From Squalus acanthias (lineage: Eukaryota), in the NCBI GenBank assembly GCA_030390025.1, contig CM059432.1:34102001-34166000 (forward strand): a stretch of 64,000 nt of DNA. The letters are read 5' to 3'. A program made the translations under genes and the position numbers. Of this stretch, positions 61,414-64,000 are shown piece after piece; within the stretch, counting starts at the first letter, position 1; every line of letters begins with the position of its first letter. The notes under the pieces are model-generated. The model was given only the letters and a program-made list of their open reading frames with translations. It was not told the DNA's origin and did no database searches.

Positions 61414-62905
61414 AACATAAGAACATAAGAAATAGAAGCAGAAGTAGGCCATTTGGCCCCTTGAGCCTGCTCCGCCATTCAATAAGATCATGGCTGATCT
61501 GATCTTGGCCTCAACTCCACTTTCCCGCCCGCTCCCCGTAACCCTAGACTCCCCTATAGCTCAAATATCTGTCTAACTCCGCCTTGAATATATTCAGTGA
61601 CTCTGCCTCCGCAGCTCTCTGGGGTAGAGAATTCCAAAGATTCACTACCCTCTGAGAAGAAATTCCTCCTCATCTCCATTTTAAATGGGCGACACCTTAT
61701 TCTGAAACTATGCTCCCTAGTTCTAGATTTTCCCATGAGGGGAAACATCTTCGCTGCATCCACCCTGTCAAGCCCCCTCAGAATCTTATATGTTTCAGTA
61801 AGATAACTTCTCATTCTTCTAAACTCCAATGCATATAGGCCCAACCTGCTCAACCTTTATTCATAAGACAACCCCTTCAACTCAGGAATCAACCTCTGAA
61901 CTGCCTCCAATGCAAGTATATCCCTCCTTAAATAAGGAGACCAAAACTGCACGCAGTACTCCAGATGTGGTCTCACCAGCACCCTGTACAGTTGTAGCAA
62001 GACTTCCCTACTTTTATACTCCATCCCCCTTGCAATAAGGGCCAACAGTCCATTTGCCTTCCTAATTATTTGCTGTACCTGCATGCTAACTTTTTGTGTT
62101 TCGTGTATGAGGACCCCCAGATCCCTCTGTACTGCAGCATTTTGTACTCTCTCTCCATTTAAATAATAATTTGATTTTTTATTATTCCTACCAAAGTGGA
62201 TAACCTCACATTTTCCCACATTATACTCCATCTGCCAAATTTGTGCCCACTCACTTAACCTATCTATATCCCTTTGCAGATTCTTTGTGTCCCCCTCACA
62301 ACTTGCTTTCCCACCTATCTTTGTATCATCAGCAAATTTGGCTACAGTACACTCGGCCCCTTCATCCAAGTCATTAATAAAGATTGTAAATAGTTGAGAC
62401 CCCAGCACTTAGCCCTGTGGCACCCCATTAGTTACAGTTTGCCCACCTGAAAATGACCCATTTATCCCGACTCTCTGTTTTCAGTTAGTTAGCCAATCCT
62501 CTATCCATGCTAATATATTACCTCCAACCCCGTGAGCTCTTATCTTGTGCAGTAACCTTTTGTGTGGCACCTTATCGAATTCCTTCTGGAAATCCAAATA
62601 CACTACATCTACTGTTTTCCCTTTATCAACCCTGTTTGTTACATTCTCAAAGAACTCTAGTAAATTTGTCAAACAAGATTTCCCTTTCATAAAACCATGT
62701 TGACTCTGCTTGATTGTATTATGATTTTCTGAATGTCCTGCTATTACTTCCTTAATAATGGATTCCAGCATTTTCCCAATGACAGATGTTAGGCTAACTG
62801 GCCTATAGTTTCCTGCTTACTGCCTCCCTCCTTTCTTGAATAGGGGCGTTACATTTGCGCAGGGACCTCTCCAGAATCCAGGGAATTTTGGTAGATTACA
62901 ACCAG
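61414..62905 (-). mobile_element. CR1 LINE fragment
   Basis: ORFs 62481-62771, 61857-62408 (FADDTK) and 61554-61853; tail (aacataag)n on +. Confidence 0.95.
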
Positions 62906-64000
62906 CGCGCGGCTGGCTGCTCAGAGATGAGGGCTATCCGCTCTCCACCTGGCTCATGAATCCCCTCTGCAACCCCTACACTCCTGCCCAGCACTCATAT
63001 AAATGAGAGCCATGCCGTGAACAGGAACATCATCGAGCAGACCATCGGAGTGCTCAAGCAATGGTTCCGCTGCCTTGACCGCTCGGGAGGAGCCCTCCAA
63101 TACTCGGCTGAGTGAGTGTCCCATTTTGTTGTGATCTGCTGTACGCTCCACAACTGGGCCATCAAGAGGGCCCAGCCCTTGTCACCAGGGATTGTAGGAC
63201 CACCTCAGGAGGAGGAAGAGGGAGAGGAGGAGGAGGAGGAGGAAAAGGGTTGAGGAGGAGGCAGCCACTCAATCGGCCTTCCAGAAGGATGGTCCGTGAT
63301 CACCTCATCAGACTGCGGTTCCAATAAATTAAACCCCAGATCTCCGTTGCTCACCACATCCCCATCATTCCATCTCTGTCGCTGGCCAAATCACAGCACA
63401 AAGCTGAAATGAGAGACACCACAAAAGAATCCAAACTGAATTAATAAATTTATCAATAATCAGTGAACATATATTTACAACAACAATATGAACTATTCAA
63501 CCTTGTGTAATCCCTTAGTGCCTCTCGTTACTGTGCCTTTGCCTACTCTAGTGCTCCTATGAAGTGTTGGCCCAGTGGCTGCAGCACAGGCGGGTGGAAG
63601 GCTGCTGAGTGTCCATGTGGGAGACTTCAGATGGCCATGCAGGACGCCCTTGACCACCTGTGGGCCTGGAAGGCCTGGCTGTAGACTGCACCATCTCAGC
63701 ATGGGCGGCAGCAGTCTGGGCTGGCTGGATGACAGGCAGCGACAAGGGCAATGGCGGAGTGGCAGTGGTGGGAGCAGGAATGCTGTCATCCTAAGAGAGG
63801 TCAGTAGGTTCCTGCTCCATTGACCCACTGCCACTCCCCCGGGGCAGCACTTCAGCATCCCTAGCAATCTGTTGGAGCACAGATTGCTGACCTGCTGCGA
63901 CACCGTGAAAGCCCCGGTGGACAGTGGTAGACCCAGCCACGATGGCAGCAGTCAGAACTTGCATGGCATCAAGCTGAGACTGCATGAGAGCAGTCTGAGA

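Larger units (their letters stand above)
58798..63327 (+). pseudogene. Harbinger transposase split by a solo LTR and a CR1
   Basis: Pieces 58798-59426 (RRLRFTKE, GTIDCTH, NRKGYDSLN..VCDHR), 61341-61413 (ARYPGSSHDA) and 62906-63327 ([32 protein letters not shown]). Confidence 0.92.
58293..64000. mobile_element. Third PIF/Harbinger element, running off the right edge
   Basis: Left subterminal region homologous to 33981-34158. Transposase on +; Myb gene 3' end on - (64000-63493). Confidence 0.88.

Overview
Vertebrate genomic DNA, very probably from a cartilaginous fish (shark), judged from the repeat families: abundant SacSINE1/DeuSINE-like and AmnSINE2-like SINEs plus CR1 and L2 LINEs. The only host gene recognised is exon 1 of wnt9a on the minus strand (CDS 16161-16076, MLDG...TAYFG, phase-2 GT donor). 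Positions 1-16075 are therefore wnt9a intron 1 (exon 2 is not in the window) and 16.3-64 kb is upstream DNA, expected by vertebrate synteny to lead to a divergent wnt3a that is not seen here. The rest is a dense, nested transposon landscape. It holds three PIF/Harbinger elements (spliced Myb/SANT gene, with a convergent HARBI1-type transposase in two), several Harbinger-like MITEs with 3-bp non-TWA target duplications, a near full-length RTE LINE and a short bipartite RTE derivative. It also holds a solo LTR, Penelope-type terminal repeats carrying minimal hammerhead ribozyme motifs, and a 2.7-kb 28-bp satellite. Best leads: tiny TSD-flanked hammerhead-bearing palindromic retro-inserts, a transposase-less Harbinger copy whose spliced Myb/SANT gene is still open, and a strong-context overlapping uORF on wnt9a. 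Family names come from recall and were not checked against any database; repeat boundaries are approximate unless a TSD or TIR is quoted.
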